NCBI GenBank assembly: GCA_022768005.1
Contig: JALEMF010000065.1
Coordinates: 1 to 56,067, forward strand
DNA: 56,067 nt
Reading direction: 5' to 3'
Source: Bacteroidales bacterium
Lineage (GTDB): Bacteria > Bacteroidota > Bacteroidia > Bacteroidales > Muribaculaceae
Shown: in pieces, positions 19,439-29,251 of the stretch
Numbering within the stretch: position 1 is the first letter of the stretch
Layout: each line of letters starts with the position of its first letter
Position numbers and translations under genes: made by a program
Notes under the pieces: model-generated
Told to the model about the DNA's origin: nothing
Seen by the model: only the letters and a program-made list of their open reading frames with translations
Databases searched by the model: none

Positions 19439-19462
19439 ATCGTCTATGTGCGATTGCGACTG

Positions 19463-19470
19463 CAAAGTTA
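19463..19470 (-). promoter_or_regulatory. -7 box TAACTTTG (minus strand) for the tRNA-Arg pair
   Basis: Plus-strand caaagtta lies 25 nt upstream of the tRNA 5' end at 19438. Confidence 0.55.
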
Positions 19471-19656
19471 AGAATAATTTTTTAAATAGCAATAATTTTC
19501 TCAAAAAAAATCATCATCAAAAAAGAAAGAAGCCGAGAACGAAGTGAAAAATCATCAACAACAAAAAAGAATAAAAAAATTCCATTCAATTTTTTACTTT
19601 TAGATAAAAGTGCGGTCTTAGAAGTGAATTAAATCAATAACAGAGGCAAAAAAGAG

Positions 19657-20166
19657 ATGTTGAACTTCTTTAGAAAGAAAGATACAGATAAAAAATTCAC
19701 GGATATTGTCAATAAATATCGTGAGCCGGTGTATTGGTTTATTCGTCGCCGAGTGATAAGTCACGATGACGCAGATGATGTGACACAAGAGGTGTTTATC
19801 CGCATCTACAAATCACTTGATACACTGAAAGATGCTTCAGCGGAAAAAGCATGGATATATCGGATAGCCACAAATGAATGTAACCGCTTCCTGACTCGGA
19901 AATATCAGTCAACAGAGCTGACGGAAGATATTACAAACAGCCTTATGGAAGGTGAATACATTGACTACGATGAGGAAATGCAGATAAAATTCCAGAAAGC
20001 ACTGAATACGCTCTCGGAACGACAACGAAACGTATTCGAACTGAGATACTACGAAGAAATGTCTTACGAGCAAATAAGCGAGGTTATGAACTCGGACGTA
20101 TCAACACTCAAAGCCACGTATTACGTAGCAAAACAAAAAATAACGGATTACATTCTAAATAAGTAA
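19657..20166 (+). CDS. ECF-type RNA polymerase sigma-70 factor
   Basis: 169 aa. Region 2 (DADDVTQEVFIRIY...) and region 4 HTH (LSERQRNVFELRYYEEMSYEQISEVM). Confidence 0.88.
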   Translation: MLNFFRKKDTDKKFTDIVNKYREPVYWFIRRRVISHDDADDVTQEVFIRIYKSLDTLKDASAEKAWIYRIATNECNRFLTRKYQSTELTEDITNSLMEGEYIDYDEEMQIKFQKALNTLSERQRNVFELRYYEEMSYEQISEVMNSDVSTLKATYYVAKQKITDYILNK

Positions 20167-20170
20167 TAAT

Positions 20171-20512
20171 ATGAATACTACAGTTGACAATTTTGATAAC
20201 ATCGGTCGCAACACTCCTTACAGAGTGCCGCAAGGCTACTTTGACAAGCAAAAGGAAAGACTACTGTCAATAGCAGATACAGGCAATAAGCGCAGGGGGA
20301 TTACACTCCGCAGGGTATTAGCCATAGCATCTGCGGCTGTAATATTCCTGGGAATGTCACTATTTACATGGCACGTCACCAATTCGCCGGCAGTGAATGT
20401 TGACCCTGTAGATGCATATATGTCAAGTCTGAGTGACGATGACCTTGCGCAAGCCATTGACATTGCGGATAACGACATTTTTTTTGAAACCGATTCACTA
20501 ACCAATTACTAA
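20171..20512 (+). CDS. putative anti-sigma factor (single-pass membrane protein)
   Basis: 113 aa. Starts 4 nt after the sigma gene stop and has one central TM (VLAIASAAVIFLGMSLF). Confidence 0.55.
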   Translation: MNTTVDNFDNIGRNTPYRVPQGYFDKQKERLLSIADTGNKRRGITLRRVLAIASAAVIFLGMSLFTWHVTNSPAVNVDPVDAYMSSLSDDDLAQAIDIADNDIFFETDSLTNY

Positions 20513-20529
20513 ACAAAGACTGAAAAACG

Positions 20530-21030
20530 ATGAAAAAGACAATTCTAAGCTTATTAATAGCACTCTTGGCAGTATGCACTTCTTTTGCCAAAGAGAACAA
20601 AGGACGGGTGAAACCTACGGAAGCAGATTTCAAGACGGAATCCGAAATTATCGCCAAAAAACTCAACCTCGGCGGTGACAGTATAGCCAAATTTCAAGAA
20701 ATATACGTGGCATACAAAAAAGATATGTTCAAAGCGATGGAAGAGCATAAGCCGTCATACAAAAAGAAAGAATGTACGGAAGAGCAAATTGATGCAATGA
20801 ACCGCGAACGATTCGCTCACGCACGAAAGATGCTTGATATCCGCGAGACATACTACAAAAAATTCCTCACTACCCTAAAGCCTTCACAAGTGGAAAAGAT
20901 GTACCGCATCGAAAAGAGACTTATCGATCGCAAAAGACATGAAATTGACTCCAGGAAAGCCAAAAAAGGACATGGCGGAGAAGGGAAAAGCGGCAGAAAT
21001 CACCAAAAAAGATATGAACAAAAAGATTAA
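20530..21030 (+). CDS. secreted Lys/Glu-rich protein, Spy/CpxP (LTXXQ)-like
   Basis: 166 aa. Signal peptide, an LKPSQ motif resembling LTXXQ, and a basic tail. Confidence 0.45.
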   Translation: MKKTILSLLIALLAVCTSFAKENKGRVKPTEADFKTESEIIAKKLNLGGDSIAKFQEIYVAYKKDMFKAMEEHKPSYKKKECTEEQIDAMNRERFAHARKMLDIRETYYKKFLTTLKPSQVEKMYRIEKRLIDRKRHEIDSRKAKKGHGGEGKSGRNHQKRYEQKD

Positions 21031-21116
21031 ACAGAATACCTTTAGAACATGTTTTTAAGTAATATGCAACACTCTTCATAATTTTGTCCTTGAATGGACA
21101 AATAAAACAGGCGGAA

Positions 21117-21150
21117 AGAAGTCAATTGTGAAATTGGCTTCTTTTATTTT
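21117..21150 (+). terminator. intrinsic terminator
   Basis: gaagtcaatt-gtga-aattggcttc hairpin followed by ttttattttt. Confidence 0.65.
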
Positions 21151-21313
21151 TATAATCCGGCAATTATGTAACCGCATTGGCACTGAAGGAAAGGACAAAA
21201 ACGCATATTAAAACACGCTATGTAGTTCATTTTAAACAGTTTGCACATTTATAGCAAAACGTGCAAAAGTATAAATATTACAAAAACATTGCAACATTGT
21301 AGTTTATTATTCG

Positions 21314-21321
21314 TACCTTTG
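21314..21321 (+). promoter_or_regulatory. -7 box TACCTTTG
   Basis: Lies 35 nt upstream of the ATG at 21357. It overlaps the ORF-track GTG start at 21324, which argues against that start. Confidence 0.55.
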
Positions 21322-21356
21322 CGGTGAATTTTGTGACAAAACGAAAAAATTTTAAT

Positions 21357-23150
21357 ATGAAGAATATACTTACCACTCTGATATCAGAGCATGTAAAGCA
21401 GAATCCGGACAGAGTGGCTTTTAAATACAAACAGTTTCCGGGTGGAGCGGAATGGACTCCTACTACTTGGAAGCAATTCAGCGAGAACGTCAATAATTTA
21501 GCACTTCGACTTGTAGATAACGGGATTGGCGTGCAGGACACAATCGCAATATTCTCAGCAAATCGTCCTGAAATACTATATTCTGATTTTGCAGCATTTT
21601 CAATCCGCGCAATTTCAGTATCAATATATGCAACAAGCAGTGCAGATCAAGTAAAATACATCGTTAACGACAGTAAGGCAAAACTGCTGTTCGTTGGAAA
21701 TGAAACCCAATACAAGATTGCTCGCAGCGTGGCAGATAAAATGCCGGGATTGAAAGCAATTATCGCATTTGATGAAATAGCAGTGGAAGACGGCGACTAC
21801 ACTTTCAGCCAATTCACAAAACTTGCTATCAAAGACGGAATTGCGGAAGAAGTGACAAAACGCACATCAGAAGCAGTGCCGGAAGATATTGCGACACTCA
21901 TTTACACCTCAGGTACTACCGGAGAACCTAAAGGCGCTATCCTCGCCCACTCAAACTTTGATGCAGCCATTGAAATCCACCAAAAAGTTTTACCCATCAA
22001 GGAAGATTGGACGACTATTTCATTCCTTCCGATGAGCCATATATTCGAAAAAGCATGGACTTACTTGTGCCTTTCAATGGGAATGCAAGTGTGGGTAAAC
22101 AATAATCCTAAAGACATTGCAAAATCACTCCGCGAGACTCGCCCGAACTGCATGTGCTCAGTACCGAGATTTTGGGAAAAGGCTTACGCTACAATTACAG
22201 ATAAGATGAGTGTAATGCCATGGTACAAAAAGACATTCGTAAAATATGCATTACACATCGGTCACCGCAGAAATATAGAGTACGCAGCGAAAGGACTTAA
22301 AGCGCCGTTCCTGCTTGAGAAACAATACCAATTCCTGAACAAAAGGATATTTATGCCGCTAAGGAAAGTGATGGGTATAGAAAACGGTTATTTCTTCCCT
22401 ACAGCCGGCGCACCGCTAAGTGCTAACATCACAGAATTTTTCCACTCAATAGGTATAAATCTCGTGATTGGCTACGGACTGTCAGAAACAACCGCAACAG
22501 TGTCATTCTACCCTACTGAAAACTGGCAACTCGGCACAGTGGGACAACCTCTTCCGATTTACAAAATACGCATCGGCGAAAATAATGAAATCCAAGTGAA
22601 GAGCCCGACCGTAATGCAAGGCTACTTTAACAAACCTGAAGAAACAAAGAAAGCATTCACTGAAGATGGCTGGTTCAAAACCGGAGATGCAGGAAAATTA
22701 GACCCGGAAACAGGTGCAATAACACTTACCGAGCGACTTAAAGACCTATTCAAGACTTCAAACGGCAAATACATCGCACCGCAAGCACTTGAAACGCTTT
22801 TAGGCGAAGACAAGTTCATAGAGCAAGTGGCGATAATCGCAGATAAGCGCAAATATGTAACAGCACTTATCACACCGGCATTTGAAGCACTTACGGAGTA
22901 CGCTCAGAAGAAGAAAATTCAATATAAAAGCATTGAAGACCTCGTAAAAAACAGTGAAATAATCAAAATGATGCAACAGCGAATAGATGACATTCAGAAA
23001 GGCTTTGCATCGTTTGAGCAAATAAAAAAATTCACTATCATTCCACGAGAATTTTCTATGGAACTCGGAGAACTGACAAATACTCTTAAAATCCGCAGAA
23101 CTATCATAAATTCACATTTTGCCGGTGAAATTGAGGCAATGTACGTATAA
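21357..23150 (+). CDS. AMP-dependent long-chain-fatty-acid--CoA ligase (FadD-like)
   Basis: AMP-binding motif YTSGTTGEPKG, then GYGLSETT and ..TGD.G.. motifs. Confidence 0.88.
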   Translation: MKNILTTLISEHVKQNPDRVAFKYKQFPGGAEWTPTTWKQFSENVNNLALRLVDNGIGVQDTIAIFSANRPEILYSDFAAFSIRAISVSIYATSSADQVKYIVNDSKAKLLFVGNETQYKIARSVADKMPGLKAIIAFDEIAVEDGDYTFSQFTKLAIKDGIAEEVTKRTSEAVPEDIATLIYTSGTTGEPKGAILAHSNFDAAIEIHQKVLPIKEDWTTISFLPMSHIFEKAWTYLCLSMGMQVWVNNNPKDIAKSLRETRPNCMCSVPRFWEKAYATITDKMSVMPWYKKTFVKYALHIGHRRNIEYAAKGLKAPFLLEKQYQFLNKRIFMPLRKVMGIENGYFFPTAGAPLSANITEFFHSIGINLVIGYGLSETTATVSFYPTENWQLGTVGQPLPIYKIRIGENNEIQVKSPTVMQGYFNKPEETKKAFTEDGWFKTGDAGKLDPETGAITLTERLKDLFKTSNGKYIAPQALETLLGEDKFIEQVAIIADKRKYVTALITPAFEALTEYAQKKKIQYKSIEDLVKNSEIIKMMQQRIDDIQKGFASFEQIKKFTIIPREFSMELGELTNTLKIRRTIINSHFAGEIEAMYV

Positions 23151-23186
23151 TATCGCTTTTTTCTTGCTAAAAAGAGTAAAAATAAC

Positions 23187-23194
23187 TAACTTTG
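23187..23194 (+). promoter_or_regulatory. -7 box TAACTTTG
   Basis: Lies 24 nt upstream of the GTG start at 23219. Confidence 0.5.
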
Positions 23195-23218
23195 GCGGAC
23201 TAAAAGCGTTTATACATC

Positions 23219-23551
23219 GTGAAGCGAATACTAATAATATTATCCATTTTCATCACAGCCACCTTAGCCTCGTACGCAGGTGAGTCACGGCCGTGGGAAG
23301 ATGCTTCACGCCCTAATGAAAGCAGAGAACAGATTCGTGACGGAATTGACGGTGAGGAAATGGAGATTACCGTGAGGGACGGCTGGGTATATGTAACGAC
23401 TCAAAAACCTGTCACAGTGAAAATCTTTACAATTCTCGGTCAACTCATCACGTCCGAAACGATTCGCCCCGGCACTAAAAGAATTCACATATCCTCACGA
23501 GGAATATACATTCTCAGAGCCGGCACTGTTACTCGCAGAATTACGATATAA
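23219..23551 (+). CDS. small secreted protein with a T9SS-CTD/DUF6383-like beta-sandwich tail
   Basis: 110 aa with a GTG start. Signal peptide, then a C-terminal VTVKIFTILGQLI....GTKRIHISSRGIYILRAG..TRRITI pattern. Confidence 0.5.
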   Translation: MKRILIILSIFITATLASYAGESRPWEDASRPNESREQIRDGIDGEEMEITVRDGWVYVTTQKPVTVKIFTILGQLITSETIRPGTKRIHISSRGIYILRAGTVTRRITI

Positions 23552-23578
23552 CATTGCAATAACTATTTCAAACAGACA

Positions 23579-26230
23579 ATGCTACACAAACACTTAAAAG
23601 GACTCACGGACGAAGAAGTCTTGGAAAGTAGAAAAAAGTATGGCAACAACGTTCTCACGCCCGTACCTAAAGAGTCTCTTTGGAAACAATTTTTACAAAA
23701 ATTTTCCGACCCTCTTATAATAATACTCCTCGCAGCCGGACTTTTATCAATAGGCATCTCCTTTTACGAATACTTCGGTTTAGGCAAAGGGCTAAACACA
23801 TTTTTTGAACCGGTAGGCATATTCTTAGCTATACTCCTTGCCACAGGTCTTGCATTCTACTTTGAGATGCGAGCCGAAAAAGAGTTTGAACTGCTCAACA
23901 AGGTAAATGATGATGAACTCGTAAAAGTTATCCGAAACAGCCAATACGTACAAATACCTAAAAAAGATATTGTAACCGGTGATATCGTAATTCTTGAGAC
24001 AGGTGAAGAAGTACCGGCAGACGGCGAACTGCTCTACACCACATCAATGAGCATTGACGAATCAACGCTTACCGGTGAACCGATATGCCACAAGACATCT
24101 GACCCTGAATGTTTTGACACTGAAGCAACCTTCCCTTCAAACTTTGCTCTAAGAGGAACAAAAGTTGTGGAAGGACACGGAGTGATGAAAGTGACTGCCG
24201 TTGGTGATCACACGGAAAACGGAAAAGTATTCACTGCATCACAGATTGAAGACGACAGTGTTAAAACTCCACTTACCGAGCAACTTGACAAACTCGGCAA
24301 GACAATTTCAAATGTAATATACGTCATTGCGGTAATAATCATTGTGTGCAGAATGCACTTATTTTTATCAGCCGACCCGGACATATCCTTGATAGATATC
24401 GTTGACTATCTGCTGAACTCATTCATGATAGCGGTAGCATTGATAGTAGTGGCAGTGCCGGAAGGCTTGCCGATGGCTGTAACACTCTCATTGGCATACA
24501 GTATGAGACGTATGCTGAAGACAAATAACCTCGTAAGAAAACTTCACGCTTGCGAGACCATGGGTGCTACCACCGTAATATGCACGGATAAGACCGGAAC
24601 TCTGACTCAGAACAGAATGCAAGTGGCAGACACGCATTTTCTTATTACCCCCGATTCTGACATTATTCCTCTGAGCATAGCCGCCAACTCCACTGCACAA
24701 TTATCACTAAAAGACGGCATGACGGAAGTGATAGGCAACCCTACAGAAGGAGCATTACTACTTTGGCTTAAAGATAAAGGCATTGACTATAATTCCATCA
24801 AGGAAAACATCACTACTGTTCAGGAATTACCGTTCAGCACTGAAAGGAAATACATGGCAACAGTGGTCCGTACCGCTGATAATACTACTGTATTACTCGT
24901 CAAAGGCGCACCTGAAATAGTATATGCAATGTGTAACTCAACCGGCATAGATTCCGACAATCTTAAAAAAGAACTTCACGGCTATCAATCGCAGGGCAAA
25001 CGCACACTCGCATTTGCATATAAGACTGTCAATGACGGCGAAATGCCGATAAATGACTGTGAAGTAACAGACAAAGACTTGACTTTCATAGGAATAGCAG
25101 CCATTTCAGACCCCGTACGCAAAGAAGTTCCGGCAGCCATAAAAGAATGTACAGACGCAGGAATTAAAATCAAAATAGTGACAGGTGACACACCTCTCAC
25201 CGCTAAAGAAATAGGACGCCAAATAGGACTGTGGAAAGATACAGACAATGAACGAAACATCATCACAGGTCCTGACTTCGAAGCACTCAGCGATGAAGAA
25301 CTCCTTGAACGCGTACTTGACATAAAGATAATAGCAAGAGCGCGCCCTATGGATAAAAAACGTCTTGTAGAAGCATTGCAGCGAAAAGGCGAAGTGGTGG
25401 CAGTGACGGGCGATGGAACAAATGACGCACCGGCACTGAAAACAGCTCACATAGGACTGTCAATGGGCGACGGCACAAGCGTTGCAAAAGAAGCGTCAGA
25501 CATCACAATTTTGGATAACTCCTTCTCATCAATAGGCAGAGCCGTAATGTGGGGACGTTCGCTATTCAAAAACATACAACGATTTATATTATTCCAACTC
25601 ACGGTAAACGTAGTAGCGTGCCTGACAGTATTCGCAGGAGCATTGATGGGAACGGAATCACCGCTCACCGTCACTCAAATGCTTTGGGTAAACCTGATAA
25701 TGGACACCTTTGCGGCAATGGCACTTGCATCACTGCCTCCAAGCGAAAGCGTGATGAAAGACAAGCCGCGAAACAGAAAATCGTTTATAATAGACAAGAG
25801 TATGCGGATAGACATACTCGGAACCGGAATTATAATGTTCGGAGTGTTACTCTCGCTGCTTTATATCTTTGAGAACTACGATATTACGAGCCTTACGACC
25901 CTGTTTGACTTCAAAGAACAGATAAAGGGTGCACCGAGATTGTCACCGTACGAGATGTCATTATTCTTCACAATCTTCGTATTTATGCAGCTGTGGAATA
26001 TGTTTAACGCTCGCGCTTACAGCCTTAAAGGCAGTGCATTAAACCTCACGGACTGCGGAGAATTCTGCCTGATATCGGCAGCCGTATTTGCAGGGCAAAT
26101 ACTAATCATCACAGTAGGCGGAGCATTTTTCAACGTTGTACCGCTGACAATACAGGATTGGATACTAATAATAGCAGGAACGTCTTCAATTCTCTGGATA
26201 GGAGAAATAATCCGTCTATTCAAGAGATAG
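23579..26230 (+). CDS. calcium-translocating P-type ATPase (PMCA/SERCA-like, P2)
   Basis: 883 aa. PEGLP, phosphorylation motif DKTGTLT and TGDGTNDAPAL, with 10 predicted TM. Confidence 0.92.
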   Translation: MLHKHLKGLTDEEVLESRKKYGNNVLTPVPKESLWKQFLQKFSDPLIIILLAAGLLSIGISFYEYFGLGKGLNTFFEPVGIFLAILLATGLAFYFEMRAEKEFELLNKVNDDELVKVIRNSQYVQIPKKDIVTGDIVILETGEEVPADGELLYTTSMSIDESTLTGEPICHKTSDPECFDTEATFPSNFALRGTKVVEGHGVMKVTAVGDHTENGKVFTASQIEDDSVKTPLTEQLDKLGKTISNVIYVIAVIIIVCRMHLFLSADPDISLIDIVDYLLNSFMIAVALIVVAVPEGLPMAVTLSLAYSMRRMLKTNNLVRKLHACETMGATTVICTDKTGTLTQNRMQVADTHFLITPDSDIIPLSIAANSTAQLSLKDGMTEVIGNPTEGALLLWLKDKGIDYNSIKENITTVQELPFSTERKYMATVVRTADNTTVLLVKGAPEIVYAMCNSTGIDSDNLKKELHGYQSQGKRTLAFAYKTVNDGEMPINDCEVTDKDLTFIGIAAISDPVRKEVPAAIKECTDAGIKIKIVTGDTPLTAKEIGRQIGLWKDTDNERNIITGPDFEALSDEELLERVLDIKIIARARPMDKKRLVEALQRKGEVVAVTGDGTNDAPALKTAHIGLSMGDGTSVAKEASDITILDNSFSSIGRAVMWGRSLFKNIQRFILFQLTVNVVACLTVFAGALMGTESPLTVTQMLWVNLIMDTFAAMALASLPPSESVMKDKPRNRKSFIIDKSMRIDILGTGIIMFGVLLSLLYIFENYDITSLTTLFDFKEQIKGAPRLSPYEMSLFFTIFVFMQLWNMFNARAYSLKGSALNLTDCGEFCLISAAVFAGQILIITVGGAFFNVVPLTIQDWILIIAGTSSILWIGEIIRLFKR

Positions 26231-26259
26231 TTTTTCTTGGCACTTAATGAAAAAAGACG

Positions 26260-26267
26260 TAACTTTG
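26260..26267 (+). promoter_or_regulatory. -7 box TAACTTTG
   Basis: Lies 28 nt upstream of the ATG at 26296. Confidence 0.55.
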
Positions 26268-26295
26268 CAATAACACTAACTACGTAATATTTTTC

Positions 26296-27480
26296 ATGAA
26301 ACACTATCTCGTTACCGGCGGAGCCGGATTTATCGGTTCTAATTTTGTAAAATACCTCTTAAACAAGTACGGCAATGATGTAAAAATCACTATACTTGAC
26401 TGCCTTACATACGCCGGAAATCTGCTTACTATAAAAGATGAAATAGAGCGCAAAAACGTCACATTCATTAAGGGCGATATACGCGATGCCGAACTTGTAA
26501 ACAGACTTATCGCCGAATCCAATCCGGACTATATAGTAAACTTTGCTGCTGAAAGCCACGTGGACAGGAGTATTACCGGTCCGAGAATTTTCGTGGAAAC
26601 AAACGTGTTAGGCACACAGACTCTGCTTGATGCAGCAAGAAATGCGTGGACTATGCCGGAAGGCGGATTTCAGCCCGGCAAAAAGTATTTGCAAATAAGC
26701 ACCGATGAGGTTTACGGAGCTCTTGATATTGACTATACTGAAGCCAAGACACTAATACCCTCACCGGAAGCACAATCCGTGATAAGTCACAGAGACAGAA
26801 TAATAAAATACGGTGATAAATTTTTCACAGAGGACTGTCCCCTATCACCGCGTTCCCCTTACTCCGCATCAAAAGCCTCCGCAGATATGCTTGTACTTGC
26901 TTATCATGAGACTTACGGCATGCCGGTAAACATCACCCGATGCTCTAACAACTATGGACCTTACCACTTTCCGGAAAAACTTATTCCACTGCTGATTAAT
27001 AACATTTTGCATGGGAAAAAACTACCGGTTTACGGAAAAGGCGAAAATGTACGCGACTGGCTTTACGTCACAGACCATGCACGCGCAATAGACTTGGTGC
27101 TACGCAATGCACCGATAGGCGAAATATACAATATCGGCGGATTTAACGAACAGAAAAATATTGACATCGTTAAGACTGTGATAGAAATACTCCGAAAATT
27201 AATTTCAGAAAATTCGGAATACCTTAAACTATCAACTCTGACTCCGGAAGAAATAGATGAATCACTGATAACGTACGTAACGGATCGTCCGGGACACGAC
27301 TTAAGATACGCTATTGACCCGTCAAAAATAGCATCTCAACTCGGTTGGGTACCCGAGACACCATTCAAAGACGGTATAGTCAAAACCGTCAAATGGTACC
27401 TTGACCACAATGAATGGACTGAAAACGTCACGTCAGGTGCTTACCAGAAGTATTACGAAGAAGCATACGGAAACAGATAG
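26296..27480 (+). CDS. rfbB: dTDP-glucose 4,6-dehydratase
   Basis: 394 aa. GGAGFIGSN Rossmann motif and catalytic YSASKASAD (YxxxK). Confidence 0.92.
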   Translation: MKHYLVTGGAGFIGSNFVKYLLNKYGNDVKITILDCLTYAGNLLTIKDEIERKNVTFIKGDIRDAELVNRLIAESNPDYIVNFAAESHVDRSITGPRIFVETNVLGTQTLLDAARNAWTMPEGGFQPGKKYLQISTDEVYGALDIDYTEAKTLIPSPEAQSVISHRDRIIKYGDKFFTEDCPLSPRSPYSASKASADMLVLAYHETYGMPVNITRCSNNYGPYHFPEKLIPLLINNILHGKKLPVYGKGENVRDWLYVTDHARAIDLVLRNAPIGEIYNIGGFNEQKNIDIVKTVIEILRKLISENSEYLKLSTLTPEEIDESLITYVTDRPGHDLRYAIDPSKIASQLGWVPETPFKDGIVKTVKWYLDHNEWTENVTSGAYQKYYEEAYGNR

Positions 27481-27518
27481 ATTTCACAATAGTATTACAA
27501 TTTTTTCACTTCAATAAT

Positions 27519-28415
27519 ATGAAAGGAATTGTTCTCGCCGGCGGCTCCGGCACAAGACTTTATCCCGTGACAATGGGAATATCCAAGCAATTAGTGCCAA
27601 TCTATGACAAGCCGATGATATACTATCCCATATCCGTGCTTATGCTCGCTGGAATACGTGAAATACTCATCATTTCCACGCCACAGGATTTACCGGGATT
27701 TCGTCGTCTTCTCGGCGACGGCAAAAGGTTCGGAGTAACATTTTCTTACGCTGAGCAGCCACGACCTGAAGGACTTGCACAAGCGTTTATCATAGGGAAA
27801 GAGTTTATCGGCAACGATGACGTGTGCCTCGTGCTTGGAGATAATACTTTCTACGGACAAGGATTCACTCAGATGCTTGACAGAGCTGTAAGCAATGCTC
27901 AGAAAAAAGGAGAAGCTACAATTTTTGCCTATCCCGTAAAAGATCCGCAAAGATTCGGTGTAGTGGAACTTGACTCTGAACATAAAGCAATTTCAATAGA
28001 AGAAAAGCCGAAACAGCCGAAATCAAACCTTGCCGTAGTAGGTCTATATTTTTATCCTAACGAAGTGGTCAACGTTGCACCGAAGATAAAGCCGTCTGCT
28101 CGCGGAGAACTTGAAATCACCACAGTAAACGAAGTGTTTATGAATAAAGGCGCACTTGACGTAGAATGTTTCGGACGCGGATTCGCATGGCTTGACACGG
28201 GAACAGTGGATTCGCTGATGGAAGCATCTTCATTCATAGAAGCGATACAAAAACGACAAGGCTTTTACGTAGCGGCACTTGAAGAAGTGGCATTCAGAAG
28301 AAATTTCATAACTGCCGGAGAATTGAAATCCGCTGCCCGAAGCCTAATAAATACAGAGTACGGTCAATACCTTGACGCATTAGCTGACAGACACTTGAAT
28401 AATGAAATACGATAA
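27519..28415 (+). CDS. rfbA: glucose-1-phosphate thymidylyltransferase
   Basis: 298 aa. GGSGTRLYP motif with RmlA-like sequence throughout. Confidence 0.95.
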   Translation: MKGIVLAGGSGTRLYPVTMGISKQLVPIYDKPMIYYPISVLMLAGIREILIISTPQDLPGFRRLLGDGKRFGVTFSYAEQPRPEGLAQAFIIGKEFIGNDDVCLVLGDNTFYGQGFTQMLDRAVSNAQKKGEATIFAYPVKDPQRFGVVELDSEHKAISIEEKPKQPKSNLAVVGLYFYPNEVVNVAPKIKPSARGELEITTVNEVFMNKGALDVECFGRGFAWLDTGTVDSLMEASSFIEAIQKRQGFYVAALEEVAFRRNFITAGELKSAARSLINTEYGQYLDALADRHLNNEIR

Positions 28416-28821
28416 ACCTACTATAATCCAATTACCGAAGATTTGTGACCCTCGCGGCAATCTTTCATTTATCCAAAACGGCAGCCAGCTACCTTTTGAT
28501 ATAGCTCGTTGCTACTGGATATACGATGTACCGGGAGGTAAACTTCGAGACCCGCATGCCTTCCGACAGCAGGAACAACTCATAGTATCCATGGCAGGGT
28601 GCTTTGACGTGGTTGTCACGGCTATTGACGGTTCAAGTCAGAGATTTCGCCTTGACAGGTCGTATTACGGACTTTATATTCCGCCTATGACATGGAGAGG
28701 AGTGGATAACTTTTCCACAAACTCCGTAGCGATGGTACTATCCTCCACAACGTATATGCCGGAAGACTATATAGACGATTTTGAAACGTATAAAATGCTT
28801 TGTGAAAATGGAAAAGAGTGA
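28402..28821 (+). CDS. FdtA/QdtA/WxcM-like cupin (sugar 3,4-ketoisomerase family), divergent copy
   Basis: 139 aa and overlaps the rfbA stop. The family pattern DPRGNLSF......PF...R.YWIYDVP is present, but the H-x-H position reads RDPHAF. Confidence 0.7.
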   Translation: MKYDKPTIIQLPKICDPRGNLSFIQNGSQLPFDIARCYWIYDVPGGKLRDPHAFRQQEQLIVSMAGCFDVVVTAIDGSSQRFRLDRSYYGLYIPPMTWRGVDNFSTNSVAMVLSSTTYMPEDYIDDFETYKMLCENGKE

Positions 28822-29251
28822 TGCACACACACTATCATTAATTTCCGACTGCCGAATAGTGGAACTGAGCAGAAACCGCCACGTAAACGGTTCATTGACA
28901 GCCGTGGAAAACAACGCAGACTCACTTTTCCATATCAAGCGAGTGTTTTATCTATACGACGTACCCGGCGATTCCGAGCGAGGAGGACATTCCCACTTTG
29001 AAGCACAAGAATTGATAATAGCCCTTAGCGGAAGTTTTGACGTGACCCTCAGCGATGGTCACACCACGAAGACTTTTACACTAAATCGCCCTTACAAAGC
29101 ATTGTACATACCTGCCGGTATTTGGCGCAGCCTGGATAACTTTTCATCAGGCTCGGTGTGCCTCGTACTCACATCAGAACTCTTTGAAGAAAGTGACTAC
29201 GTGAGAGACTATGACCGTTTCCTAAAACTAACAGCCGTAAAGAAAAGATGA
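28808..29251 (+). CDS. dTDP-4-dehydro-6-deoxyglucose 3,4-ketoisomerase (FdtA/QdtA-like cupin)
   Basis: 147 aa from MEKSDAH. NGSLTAVE......FHIKRVFYLYDVPGDSERGGHSHF carries the H-x-H motif, and SDYVRDYD is also present. Confidence 0.8.
   Translation: MEKSDAHTLSLISDCRIVELSRNRHVNGSLTAVENNADSLFHIKRVFYLYDVPGDSERGGHSHFEAQELIIALSGSFDVTLSDGHTTKTFTLNRPYKALYIPAGIWRSLDNFSSGSVCLVLTSELFEESDYVRDYDRFLKLTAVKKR

Noticed and set aside
19316-19504. A 62-aa minus-strand ORF.
   Set aside because: It lies across the tRNA-Arg genes and their promoter, so it is spurious.
21324-21356. Longer N-terminal extensions offered by the ORF track: GTG 21324 for the CoA ligase, 10891 for the phosphatase, 34851 for purC, 42700 for the lysozyme, 50723 for ilvC, 43704 for the MFP, 48333 for the OMF and 28781 for cupin 2.
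   Set aside because: The extensions overlap promoter -7 boxes or upstream genes and lack family-typical N-termini. The internal ATGs give canonical starts or signal peptides.
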